Positions 51,480-62,563 are shown, counted from the stretch's first letter. The stretch is 64,000 nt of DNA from Mobula birostris (GCF_030028105.1 NC_092383.1:87129921-87193920); one strand, 5' to 3'. Program-made: numbers and translations. The notes: generated by a model not told the origin, from the letters alone.

Positions 51480-52100
51480 GTACTTTACCTTGATAGAAGT
51501 GCACAAGATAAGAGACATTGATCGTGTGGATAGTCAGAGGCTTTTTCCCAAGGCTGAAATAGCTAACATGAGAGGGCACAGTTTTAAGGTGCTTGGATGT
51601 AGGTACAGAGAAGATGTCAGGGTTACATTTTTTACGCAGAAAGTGGTGAGTGCATGGAATGGGCTGCCGGCAACAGTGGTGGAGGTGGATATGATAGGGT
51701 CTTTTAAGAGACTTTTGGATTAGTTCATGGAGCTTAGGAAAATAGAGGGCTATGGGTAACCCTACGTGATTTCTAAAGTAAGTACATGTTCAGCACAGCA
51801 TTGTGGGCCAAAGGGCCTGTATTGTGCTGTAGTTTTTCTATGTCTGAGACATTTTTGAAGGGCAGAAATGTCTAATATGAAGGGTCATAATTTAAGGTGG
51901 TTGGAGAAATGGATCGAGGGAATGTCAGAGGTAAGTTTTTTACACAGAGAGCTGTGGGTGCATGCTACCTACTACCGGGGGGGTGGTGGAAGCAGATACA
52001 TTCTCGGCATTTAAGATTAATCTTAGAGTGGGTTAAGAGGTCAGCACAATATCATGGGCCGAAGGACATGTACGGTGCTGTACAGTTGGATGTTTGATGT
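51480..52100 (+). mobile_element. Two CR1 3'-end fragments
   Basis: LIEVHKI..IDRVDSQRLFP..RGHSFKV..FFTQ.VV..WN motifs and tails. Confidence 0.7.
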
Positions 52101-52139
52101 TCTGATTCATGGAAGCCATTCGGAAGCATCTACTGACCA

Positions 52140-52815
52140 AGGCTACACACACAAAATGCTGGAGGAACTCAGTAGGCTAGGCAGCATCTATGGGAAAGAG
52201 TGCAGTTGAAGGTTCGGGCCGAGACCCTTCACCAAGACTGGAGAAGAACAGATGAGGAGTAAAATTAAAAGTTTGGGGAAGGGAGGGAGAAACACCAGGT
52301 GATATGTGAAAAAGGGTGGGAAGTTGATTGGTGAAAGAGATACAGTGCAGGAGATTCCACCTTCTCCAGACCTGAATCTTTCAATAATCAACTTCCCAGC
52401 TCTTTCCTTCACCTCTCCTTTCCCAGGTTCTCCTATTACCTTGTGTTTTTCAAACAAGAGAGTATCTGCAGGTGCTGGAAATCCCAGCAACACACATAAA
52501 ATACTGGAGGAGATCAGCGGGCTAGGACTTTGAAGGGTCTCGGCCCGAAACGTCACTTTACTTTTTTCCATTGATGTGGCCTGCTCTGCTGAGTTCCTCC
52601 GGCATTGTGTGTGTGTTTCCTTGTGTTTCTCCCTCCCCTCCACTGACCCTTTAACTCTACTCCTTGTGTATTTTTCTCCTCTCCTGCTGAGGGTCTCGGC
52701 CTGAAGTTTTGAATGTACTCACTTCCATAGATGCTGCCTGGCCTGCTGAGTTCATCCAGCAGTTTGTGTGTGCTGCTTGCATTTCCAGTACCTGCAGATT
52801 TTCCTTTGTTTGTTA
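52140..52815. repeat. Cluster of Penelope-type tail repeats in both orientations with decayed hammerhead motifs
   Basis: GAAGGGTCTCGGCCCGAAACGTC at about 52532-52554, a reverse copy at about 52203-52239, and another at about 52683-52810, with GATGCTGCCTGGCCTGCTGAGTT bodies. Confidence 0.7.
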
Positions 52816-52830
52816 CTGACCTAGACTTAC

Positions 52831-52921
52831 CTTTCTGTCTCTCATGAACCATGTGACAGCGATAGTGCAGATCCCCAGCAGAGCAAAGAACAGCCAGCGC
52901 CTCACTTTCCATATCATGTAA
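52831..52921 (-). CDS. Transmembrane exon of an immune-type receptor (YMIWKVRRWLFFALLGICTIAVTWFMRDRK)
   Basis: Acceptor TCTCTTCCACTTTGTTCAG, donor AAG|GTAAGT, 91 nt, phase 2/0. 18-residue hydrophobic run followed by a basic stop-transfer segment. Confidence 0.8.
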
Positions 52922-52990
52922 CTGAACAAAGTGGAAGAGATACAGAATCAGTGGAAGGAGAGGAGACAGCTTTGTATTTGAAATATTTAC

Positions 52991-53002
52991 CTCCTGGTTC
53001 CT
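52991..53002 (-). CDS. Candidate 12-nt stalk micro-exon upstream of the TM exon
   Basis: CTAATTTCACAG|AGGAACCAGGAG|GTAAAT. Phase 2/2 gives G-T-R-S into the TM exon. 69-nt intron. Confidence 0.45.
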
Positions 53003-53667
53003 CTGTGAAATTAGTGAAGTGGAGCAATAAAAGCAGCAAGGCCAGCGAAGTTCAGCTGGGAGATTAATCTCATGCTGGACTGAGGGAGGGAAGATAACCT
53101 ATGATCATCATTTGGAGACATAATTGCTGAAACATGACTGCCGATACTGTATGTCACGACAGTGGATAATGGAGATAGATTTAGAAGTGGCAGGGAAGAA
53201 AATAATGAGGTTGGGTAACGTCCAGTTTGAGGATAATGCAATGTCATTGACATGGTCAGTAGAACATGCTGATACATCAGAATGGTAGTGAAGGTGACGG
53301 AAGGCTGCAGCAGAGAAGGTCCACAGATAGCTTGCACCCCATGCCACAGGACGCTGACACTGATCTGTCAAGGACTTTCTCCATCAGCTTCCCCATGTTA
53401 AACAAAGTTATGCACAGGCATTTTTCCATAAAGGGAATAAGGAGTGCATCATATTTGACTGGAGTGATAGTACTTTTATCACAACCACCACTGACTTCCC
53501 AGTCAGGCTGTTATTAATAGTTTTGCTGACAGTAACTAATCTTCACCATTCCCATCAGACAATGAAAATTTGTTTCGATTTGACCAGCCAGCTCAACTGA
53601 GAGGGACTCAGATTCCAAGGCAGCAGACTGCAGTGTCCAGCTCACTGTGATTTCACAACTGAGTCTT

Positions 53668-53687
53668 CTGCTGCCTTCTTCCTCATT
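53668..53687 (+). promoter_or_regulatory. Invariant 20-bp promoter element, opposite orientation
   Basis: CTGCTGCCTTCTTCCTCATT is the exact reverse complement of 36651-36670, 21957-21976 and 42275-42294. Confidence 0.65.
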
Positions 53688-53785
53688 CAACTTTCACGTC
53701 CTTTTTGTCGTTGTCAGCTATTTAGATATTCGAGCTGCGAACTAAGCGATAGACTAGTGCTAACAAGCTCACTACAGGTTGAACG

Positions 53786-53822
53786 ATGCGGATTCTGGTT
53801 CTCTTCATCTGTTCACTGCCCG
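53786..53822 (+). CDS. Plus-strand leader exon (MRILVLFICSLP, phase 1) of a further paralog
   Basis: 37-nt ATG exon ending LP-G|GTGAGTGAC, the same size, phase and donor context as A1 and B1. Lies 98 nt after the shared 20-mer. Confidence 0.8.
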
Positions 53823-54971
53823 GTGAGTGACCACCAGCGCGGGACGTTACACTGACTGGTAAATGCAGGAAATACTCAGAAGGTCGGGCTGTACCCGTGG
53901 AAAAGGAAACAGTGAAAGTTTCAGACCCAAGACCTTTTGACCCTATTTCACTTCCCAGAGATTCAGCCTGACATAAGCAGTATTTCCAGTATGTTATGTT
54001 TTTGTCTCAAATTTCCAGCATCTACAGTTTACTTGTTCATTCGAATGATCAGTGTTAATTTGGGTCTAGTGCACTGTTTCTGTAGCAGAGATGGTAAAGT
54101 ATGTGCAGATATGTAGAGACAGAAAATGCTCCATAAATAAGTTCAACAGTATTGGGGTGTGGAACCACAGACACAATGCTGGAAGAATTGTATGGGTCCA
54201 GCAGCATCTATAGAGGCAAAAGGTGTTCCAGTTGGAGACCTTGTATCGGGGCTGGGGGGCGGTGGGATGGGAGAAGAAAGAAACAAAACCCAACCTGCAG
54301 TTGTGAGTGCGCAGGGAGGAGAGAAGGGAGCTGAGGACACATCTTGGTCTCTGGCACCAGTGTTTTGAATAACCTTGGCAGAGAATGTTGCTGCCCAGGG
54401 AACATTAATTTGCAAAAATTTGCAGATGTAAGTACAAAGGCATCCTTTCCATCCATGAAACATCATTTTCATGCTGCCTTGTACTCACAAAAATCAGCAT
54501 AGGAAATATACGTGAAAAGTAAGTTGCCTCTGATAGACAGCTGTTCCTGTTATTGAAATGTCTTGTTCTTCAGTTCTGTGTGGGTTGAGGGCTAATCTTG
54601 CACTCAGAATCCATTTCCTTCCCATTCTATTCCTCGAACTGCGAACATTTATTTTACTCATCAGCATCCAGTATTATTGGAAATAATTTAGAAAATGTTT
54701 AGCACGCTTGCAGAAGAGACGAGATAGAATAAGAGATCTCTCATCACTGCCTTCCAACATGGACTGAACGCAGGGGTCCAGCAGAACATCGTGACAAGCA
54801 GAACAGTCTGGATAACCTGATTAATTTGGCTATTTGAGTTGATGACCCGGTAACCGAGTGGCGCAGGGAAGAAAATGTCTCAAGCTTCTTACAGTCTGAT
54901 CACTCTCTTTCCTCACCCTCTCCCTCATCATCCACAGTCTCTTACAATGAAAGAACATTTATCATACACAG

Positions 54972-56259
54972 TGTCGCAGAATAAGTCTGCTTGATTCAGG
55001 TCACCGAGAAACAATGAACACGTTCACAAGCACAGAATCAGTTGGTCAAACTTTAATTGATAGCTGGACAAGCTGATGAAATTGACCAATCCCGTGATGT
55101 CTCATGACAAACCAATAAACAGTAACTCAGTAGATAGGACACCTCCCCACCTGTAAGTTTTTTAGGGGAAATCAGCTTGATAATATTTCACTGGTTTTCT
55201 GGTCCGTTCTGATCAAAGTAATCCAGAAACTCCAGGATTGAGTATTGGTCCAGATTCGGTGCTTTTAAATGGAAATTCCACTTTGATAGGTTGTGGGGTT
55301 AACCTGTTGGGGCTAACTGGTCTTGTTCGGCAACAAGGGATATACTTTCTGTTTCCTGATGTGGTCTAGATGTCGATGGCATACACTACCATCCTCAAGC
55401 GCTGAAGTAACCTACTGGCTCTCTTTCACCACAACTTCTCCTTTCATCCACATTCAGCTCTCAGGATTTGGGCGAACATAAACTGGCTCTCTCGCCTCAA
55501 AGTTCCAATGTTCTGTTTTTGAATCGTACCGCACTTTCATTCTGTTGTCTGTGCCTTACTTGGTTTTCCGGCTGAAGGCGCAGTAAATCCAATTGGGAAC
55601 GCAACCTGCGGCCCATCAATAGCTCAGATGAAACCTCTGGTGGTTTCTGGAGTTATCATGTACCTGAAAAAAACTGTTGATCCTGGTGTGTATGTCCTCA
55701 TTCAACTTTTGTATCCCCTGCTTGACAGTCTGAACAGCTCTCTCAGCCATACCGTTTGATGATGGGTGACGGGGGGGGGGGCTCGAATGTTGAAATCAAA
55801 TTCCATTGTCCTGTAAAAAATGGTTTGAATTCCTCACTTGTAAATGTGGGACCATTATCATAGACCACAGTATCGAGGATTCTATGTGTACCTAATAGTA
55901 AGCATAAAATGTTTATTGTTGTGCCTGATCCATGTCATCACCGTTTTGGCACCATTCCATTTAGAATGCGCATCAACGTCTACCGATAGCATCCGACTAT
56001 CCAATGGACCTGTGCAGTCTACATATAAGCATGTCCAGGGTTTGGTGGGCCTTGCTTGAGAAAGTGGAGTATTCAGTTGACTGATGCTGGAGACAAGCAA
56101 TATTCGTTTTATATTTAGATATTCCTTTCAGCCGCAGAGTTGGCACCTTATTTTCCTTTTGAGAGTTTCAGTAAATGGCACTGCTTGGCCTCATGTTTAT
56201 TGTTTTCATTTCCCTTCAAATCCTGTTTGCGTTGAAGTCTGTGAACTATCAACCTGCTT

Positions 56260-56294
<35 letters not shown>

Positions 56295-56300
56295 CTTCGG
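54972..56300 (-). mobile_element. Internally deleted Gypsy remnant (integrase core, PPT and a short 3' LTR candidate at 54972-55141)
   Basis: KPWTCLYVDCTGP...VDVDAHSKW integrase motif at 55882-56100. GGTGGGGAGG PPT abuts TG at 55141. Confidence 0.55.
56263..56290. repeat. (TC)14 microsatellite
   Basis: Direct reading. Confidence 0.9.
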
Positions 56301-56999
56301 CCATATCCAAACATCGTGACAGCAAGTCTCGGACCACCGAAGTGAGACCCAGCAGAGAGTAAAAACAGCTGATCTTGGCCCTGAGCTTCATTGGTCAGGC
56401 AGGGGACAAGCAATGAGGCAGATAAACTCTCGACGCACTTCAGTGACTCTCTCTATCTCTCTCTGTCCCTCTCTCTCCACACTTATGCAGTCACACCCCA
56501 GCCAGAGTTTGTCTGACTGGTGTCAGTGGTTGCATAATCAGGATTTATGATATGCTCCAGCTGCTGATATGACCATCTACCACCTTCTCCCATGGCTTCA
56601 CGTGACCCTGACTGAGGGTTGCTAAGCAGGTGCTACACCTTGCCCAAGGGTGACCTCCACAGGGTACCAGAGGTAAGGAGCTTCTTACACTTCCTTTGGT
56701 GGAGAGGTATCTCAATCCCACCACCAGTGTATTAATGGATAAGCAAATACAAGGATATTGAGGAATGTGAGGATCATGGGGACCATGTTGAGTTTGATCA
56801 CTGATCATTGAGTGTGACTTAATATGTAGATAAGGTGACTAGAAAGGTAGACAAAACAGCTTCCTTGATTTGTAGATTCCAAGGATATAGGGGCAGTGTG
56901 GTTACGCCCATGGCTTGAACACTGCGGTTATTTGTGGTCACCACATGATCAGAAAGACAAGAATGCATTGGGAAGAGTCTCCATTTGGCAGTGCATGGA

Positions 57000-59900
57000 G
57001 TAAGATGTTTTTTTTTGTCTCAGCTCCATCTTTCACAATTTACATTCCACTGCTAGATCCGTTTCAAATTTGAAGATTTATTATATTTGTTGAAGGATTT
57101 TACGATTTAATTACAATGACTGGAACCGAATAACGGGGTGGCAAAACTCTTCCTGAGCCTCAACAAACAGAGAAATCAGAGGAAGTTTCTACTTCAGAAA
57201 GAATGCTCTCTTTAATCGAAGCTAGTAATGTGAAGATTGGTACGCTGGATACGAAAATGGATAAATTGGTGAAAGCTAAAGAATTGTTTGAAAAAAACCA
57301 CTATCGCTATTTAGGAGTTTTTGAAGAATTTGGAAGACCGATATCAGATGCTTAAGCAGAGTACTCACAGAATTGAAATGGAATTTGAATTAATGGATCA
57401 ATTTATCAAGGAACAGGATTTGAAGATGTCTTTTATGGAAAAGAAAATTAATGAGAATACTTCGGAATTATCAAGAATTAAGAAGAAAACAATTGATTTG
57501 GAAAGCAGAAATCGCAGGATGAATCTACGTATATTGGGTTTGCCTAAAAAATATGGACACCGGTGAACCACTAAAGTTTTTTTCGAACATGTTATATTCA
57601 CTTTTTAGTGACATTTTCGAAGCCTGTCCGATATTGGGCAGAACCCACCGAATTCGGCCTTTTAAATCACCAGCCGATTTAAACCACGTCCTGTAATTTT
57701 CTGTTTGCATTATTTTACAACCGAAGAAGCTATTCTTTTGAATGCAAGGAAAAGGGATAAGCTAATCTATAATTAAGTTCAGATTCATATAGTGGAAGAT
57801 TTTGCCCCAGAGATTTTTGCCAAAAGAATTAAATATCGGGAAGTAATGGCAGAATTATTTAAAATGAGCTGTCGCCCATCACTGCATTACCCAGCACGTC
57901 TGATGATTACTCCACACAATGCTCATCCAAAATGGATTGAATCTCCAGAAAATGTTGGAAATTTATAAAAGAGTTTAAGTCCACATCGTCAGCAATTTGA
58001 AAAGTTGATACTTAGCTGGGAGTGGTTTCTAACGCCATTGGTGAAAATCCGCTCTTCGTTTCATCAATATTCAGATACAGACTTGGTTAACTTACTTAGA
58101 TCTGTTGTTGTTTGCTTTAACAGTTAATGTAGTTCTGAATTTCACACATATTTAATTATTTTTTCTTTAAATTGTAAGTCTTTAATATTATTTGTAGTAT
58201 ATATTAGTTGTCGGATTTATCCTTTTTTTAATACATGGCTGCGAATATTAAATGGATTTAAGATGGCCGTTGTTAATTCGGTCTTAACTACTGTTAGATA
58301 TAATATGAAAATATTTGGAATTTATTTACTTCTTTATGTATTCTTTGTTATGTCTTTTTGGTGGTGGTAACTTTTTATAAATGGAGCTGCCAACTGGAGA
58401 CGGTTTAAGGGTCAATAGGTTAGCATGTCGTTCGCCTATTGGACGATTTCTGGGCTTTTGGGGGAGGTGGGTGGGTTTAATAGGTTAGGGTTTTTTTGAC
58501 TGGGCAGTCCTGAGGGATTTTTCTTTGTCAATCATCTTGCTTTTCTTTCTGATCGAGTCAAGCTTCGTCCTTTCTTCCAATTTAGGCTGCGACTGCGTGT
58601 TAGATTACTTTATAAAATTTTTTAATTAAGTTCTAAACATGGATCTTAATAAAATCAACATAATATCTTGGAATTTAAATGGTATAAACCATCCTATTAA
58701 GCGCAGAAAGATTTTTAAGAAATTTAAAACACTTCATGCAGATACCATTTCTGCGCAGGAGACATATCCGTAGACCAAAGCGTTGAGAGTAAACGCATGA
58801 TTTACTGTAAACATCGTTCATTTGTAAATGAACAGAGTCAACGCAAAATTTTTATTGTTAATAACTGTATTGAATAAGGACTCACAGTCAACGAATGGTT
58901 TTCTTTTCCTGTATGTAATTATTTTTATTTTGTAATATTTCTGAATAAAGTATTTTTGGGAAAAAAAAATATCCGTAGACAAGATGAAAATCGTTTTTTT
59001 AAATTTTGGAAGGGACACTTATTTCATTCTTTATCAGGGTATCTATTTTTTATTAATTCTAAAATCCCTTTTGTTCATTTTAATACTGTTACTGATTTAA
59101 TTGGAAGATATTTAATTGTTACTGGTTTGTTGTGTGGTCAAAAGGTGGCTCTGGTATGTGTATATGTACCTAATATAGACAGCCCTGATTTTTTTTTTAA
59201 AAAGAAGCTACTTTCTGTATTGCCGAATTTAAATGAAAATAAGTTGATTATGGGCGGTGACCTTAAATGTTGTCTTAACCCGTTGATTGACAGATCATCC
59301 ACCAATCTGTCACTTCCTAATAAAGCTGCGACTTGTATTAATTATTTTTTATTAGAATACGGTTTGGTCGACATTTGGAGATTCAAATTTTCTAAAGAAA
59401 AAGATTTTTCTTTTTTTCCCCGCATGTACACCATGTACATTCAAGAATTGATTATTTTTTCTTGGCTACACGATTCGTGCCCTCTGTTCTTGTGTGTGCC
59501 TGTGATGTGATTGCGTTGTCAGATCACACCTATGAAACTAACTTTGGAATTCTCTGCTAATATTAATAATGTGAATATACCTAAAATCTCTATTCAAGAT
59601 ATGAATACATTAGATGCACCTATTAAACAAGAGGAAATAGCAAAGGCTATATCCTCTCTTCAATCAGCTAAGGCTCCGGGAGCGGATGGATATACAGTGG
59701 AATTTTATAAGACTTTTACTGATATACTGATACCTTATTTATGTCAAATTTCACTAACTCTGTATCCTCTGGGACTCTCCCGAAAACTTTCTATGAAGCG
59801 TTAATCTCTCTAATTCCTAAAAAAGATAAAGATGTATCAGAATGCGCCTCTTATAGACCAATTTCTCGATTGAATGTGATTTTTAAAATTCTCTAAGATT

Positions 59901-60384
59901 TTGGCTAATAGACTTGAGAATATTTTACCTATTGTTATTTCTAATGACCAAACTGGATTTATTAAAAATAAATACTCACATTTTAATAGTCGAAGATTAT
60001 TAAATATTATTCACTCTTCTCCAGCTAAAGAATCTGAATGTGTTGTTTCTCTTGATGCAGAGAAAGCTTTTGATAGGGTGGAGTGGTCTTACTTATTTGG
60101 TCCGGGATTCAGTTCCTAGGTCAAATTGATTTATCATGCTCCTATGACTGCTGTTATAACTAATAATCAAAAATCTTCCTATTTTAGATTACATTGGGGC
60201 ACTCAACAGGGATGCCGTCTTATCCCTTTATTATTTAACCTGGCCTTAGAACCCCTTGCTATTGCTGTTAGAGATTCTAACACTGTTCAGGGTATTAAGA
60301 GAGGGGACAAAGTACACAAGGTCTCGTTATATGGAGATGACCTGTTAGTTTATATTTCGGATCCTAGGAGATCTGTTCCTTCTA
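57000..60384 (+). mobile_element. Heavily decayed L1-clade LINE (ORF1 and ORF2 to the RT YGDD region), 3' part missing
   Basis: LESRNRRMNLRILGLP, IISWNLNG, MGGD, KAPGADG, SLDAEKAFDRVEW, QQGCRL.P, LYGDDLL; many frameshifts. Confidence 0.85.
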
Positions 60385-60624
60385 TGTCGCCAGTTTGTTG
60401 GTCTATTCTTGTGTGATACTTTGTTCTCTCCTCCGCTTAGAACCGTTAGTTCTAAGTTTAGTTCCAAGTTCTGCTCTAGTTTCAAGATAGTCCCTGTAGA
60501 TCCCATCTCCTTGTCAAGATTCCTCCGGTTTGCCGTTCTACGTTCACGTCTATGCCAGCATCCCCAACTCAGTCGACGTACCGGTGTCCTGCACTTGGGT
60601 TCTCCTCAGCCGCCCTGTGCAACA
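60385..60624 (+). mobile_element. 5' LTR (or R-U5 part) of a Tf1/sushi-like Gypsy element
   Basis: TGTCGC...GCAACA, followed by a non-tRNA PBS GAACAGACTGGCCA and the gag ATG at 60641. Confidence 0.7.
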
Positions 60625-60640
60625 GAACAGACTGGCCAAC

Positions 60641-61815
60641 ATGAACCCAGCAGACACGAATCCTCTGCAACAAGCCCTCGCCAGCCAGGGCTCCCTACTG
60701 GGCTTGCACAATCGGCTGCTCCAGGAAGTCATGGAAAACCTCCGTTGCCTGTCAGTAGACGTAAGAAAGGTCAGTGAACAGGTCGACCGAGTATCCACCC
60801 ATCTTACCCCGTCGACTCCCGGAACTCCGTCTGACCAGACCAGACAGTCTGTGGTGGCGACGCCCGAGGGTGTCAACAACACGTCGCTAAGAGAGTCACA
60901 CGTCCCTGAACCAGAAACCTACGCCGGAGATCTGAGGAAGTGCTGGGCTTTTCTGCTACAATGCTACCTGGTGCTCGAGCAGCAGCCATCCACGTACGCC
61001 ACGGACAGATCTAAAATGGCTTATATTATCGGGTTGTTAAACGAGGAAATGCCTTAGCGTGGGTCACCGCGATTTGGGATAATCAGCCAGAGACCTGCAC
61101 CTCCTTCCCCACCTTCATCGCAGAAATAAGGAAGATTTTTGACCATCCTGTCAGCAGTAAAGATGCCGCTAAGCGGCTACTCACCCTCCATCAAGGCTCA
61201 CGGAGTGTTGGAGAATAGTCGGTGGAGTTCCGGACGCTAGCGGCCGACTCGGGCTGGAATGATGAAGCACTCCAGGAGGTATTCCGGCAAGNNNNNNNNN
61301 NNNNNNNNNNNNNNNNNNNNNNNNNNNNNNNNNNNNNNNNNNNNNNNNNNNNNNNNNNNNNNNNNNNNNNNNNNNNNNNNNNNNNNNNNNNNNNNNNNNN
61401 NNNNNNNNNNNNNNNNNNNNNNNNNNNNNNNNNNNNNNNNNNNNNNNNNNNNNNNNNNNNNNNNNNNNNNNNNNNNNNNNNNNNNNNNNNNNNNNNNNNN
61501 NNNNNNNNNNNNNNNNNNNNNNNNNNNNNNNNNNNNNNNNNNNCTTTGGCCACCCCACGGCACGCTTTACCATTTACTCCCAGCCCTAACCTCTCTCCTC
61601 CTCCCACTCCCAAAATAGCATCCGGCCCGGCCGTTTCCACCACCTCGGGAGAGGAAACAATAGAGCTGGGACGGAGCCGTCTTTCTCTCTCCAAGCAGCT
61701 CCGGAGATTAAGCGCAGGGGATTGTTTCTATTGCGGTCAGTCTGGCCATTTTTGTGACACCTGTCCCCTTCGGCCAAAAGGGAGGGCTCACCAGCAGAAA
61801 GGGGGATCCTGGTGA
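60641..61815 (+). pseudogene. Gypsy gag (sushi/PEG10-like) with CCHC knuckle, disrupted and spanning the gap
   Basis: PEPETYAGD..C.AFLLQC, SK.AYII.LL, QGSRSV..Y..EFRTLAADSGWN, CFYCGQSGHFCDTC. Confidence 0.85.
61292..61543. other. Assembly gap (252 N)
   Basis: N run. Confidence 1.
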
Positions 61816-62432
61816 GTCAGACCACATTCCCTTCTGTCCCCCAATCCCGGATGCAAATCTAAGCCACTGTAAGCTACAACCAACAGTCCCTGTCCTTGTC
61901 GGTCTTGATAGACTCCAGTGCTGAGGGGAATCTGTTGGATGAAGATAGAGCTTCCCAGGCCGGAATTCCTCGGGAGCCGTTGAGCACCCCTCTGGAAGCC
62001 CGAGCACTGGACGGAAGACTTCTGGCCCGAGTCACTCACTGTACCTCACCACTGCCTTTGATTCTCTCTGGGAACCATCGGGAACAGGTACAATTTAACT
62101 TGATCTCCTCTCCTCAAGCTCCAATAGTTCTTGGGTAACCCTGGTTAAGCCGCCATAACCTTTACATTGATTAGTCCACCGGGAAGATAACCAGCTGGAG
62201 TCCGTTTTGTCACGCCACTTGTCTGCAGTCGGCCCTTTCCCCTGTAAAAGCCACCTCGATCTCACCTGCCGTTGAACCCCCTGACTTGTCTAGGGTTCCA
62301 GCGGAGTACCACGACCTGGGACACGTCTTTAGTAAACAACGCGCCTTTTCCCTGCCTCCACACCGACCATACGATTGTGCTATTGACCTTCTCCCCGGAG
62401 CTCCTCTACCCACCAGTCGGCTGTATAACTTG

Positions 62433-62563
62433 AACAACAGGAATACTTCAGATGCTGGAAATTCAAGCAACACATGAAAGTTGCTGGTGAACGCAGCAGG
62501 CCAGGCAGCATCTCTAGGAAGAGGTACAGTCGACGTTTCAGGCCGAGACCCTTCGTCAGGACC
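62433..62563 (-). mobile_element. 131-bp Penelope-tail insertion that frameshifts Gypsy pol
   Basis: Interrupts PTSRLYNL|SRTERVAME; the sequence matches the repeats at 52140-52815. Confidence 0.85.
62529..62562 (-). ncRNA. Minimal type I hammerhead ribozyme, catalytic core intact
   Basis: GTC-CTGACGA-AGG GTCTCGG CCT-GAAA-CGTC-GAC: stem I GUC/GAC, stem II AGG/CCU, palindromic ACGU stem III, GUC cleavage triplet (62534-62532). Confidence 0.75.

Noticed and set aside
53011-53337. Ser/Thr/Pro-rich ORF as a mucin-like stalk exon upstream of the TM exon
   Set aside because: No convincing acceptor/donor pair in a phase compatible with the 12-nt exon.
54000-57000. V exon expected downstream of the plus-strand leader
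   Set aside because: No VSGA, KYWC or D.G.Y.C motif found by eye; only faint intron-like similarity near 54380-54415.
61740-61815. Programmed -1 frameshift site between gag and pol
   Set aside because: Pol appears to be in the -1 frame, but I found no canonical X XXY YYZ heptamer in this decayed copy.
62474-62563. Novel N-terminus of the 232-aa RT ORF
   Set aside because: The start lies in the antisense Penelope-tail insertion; an artefact of the frameshift.
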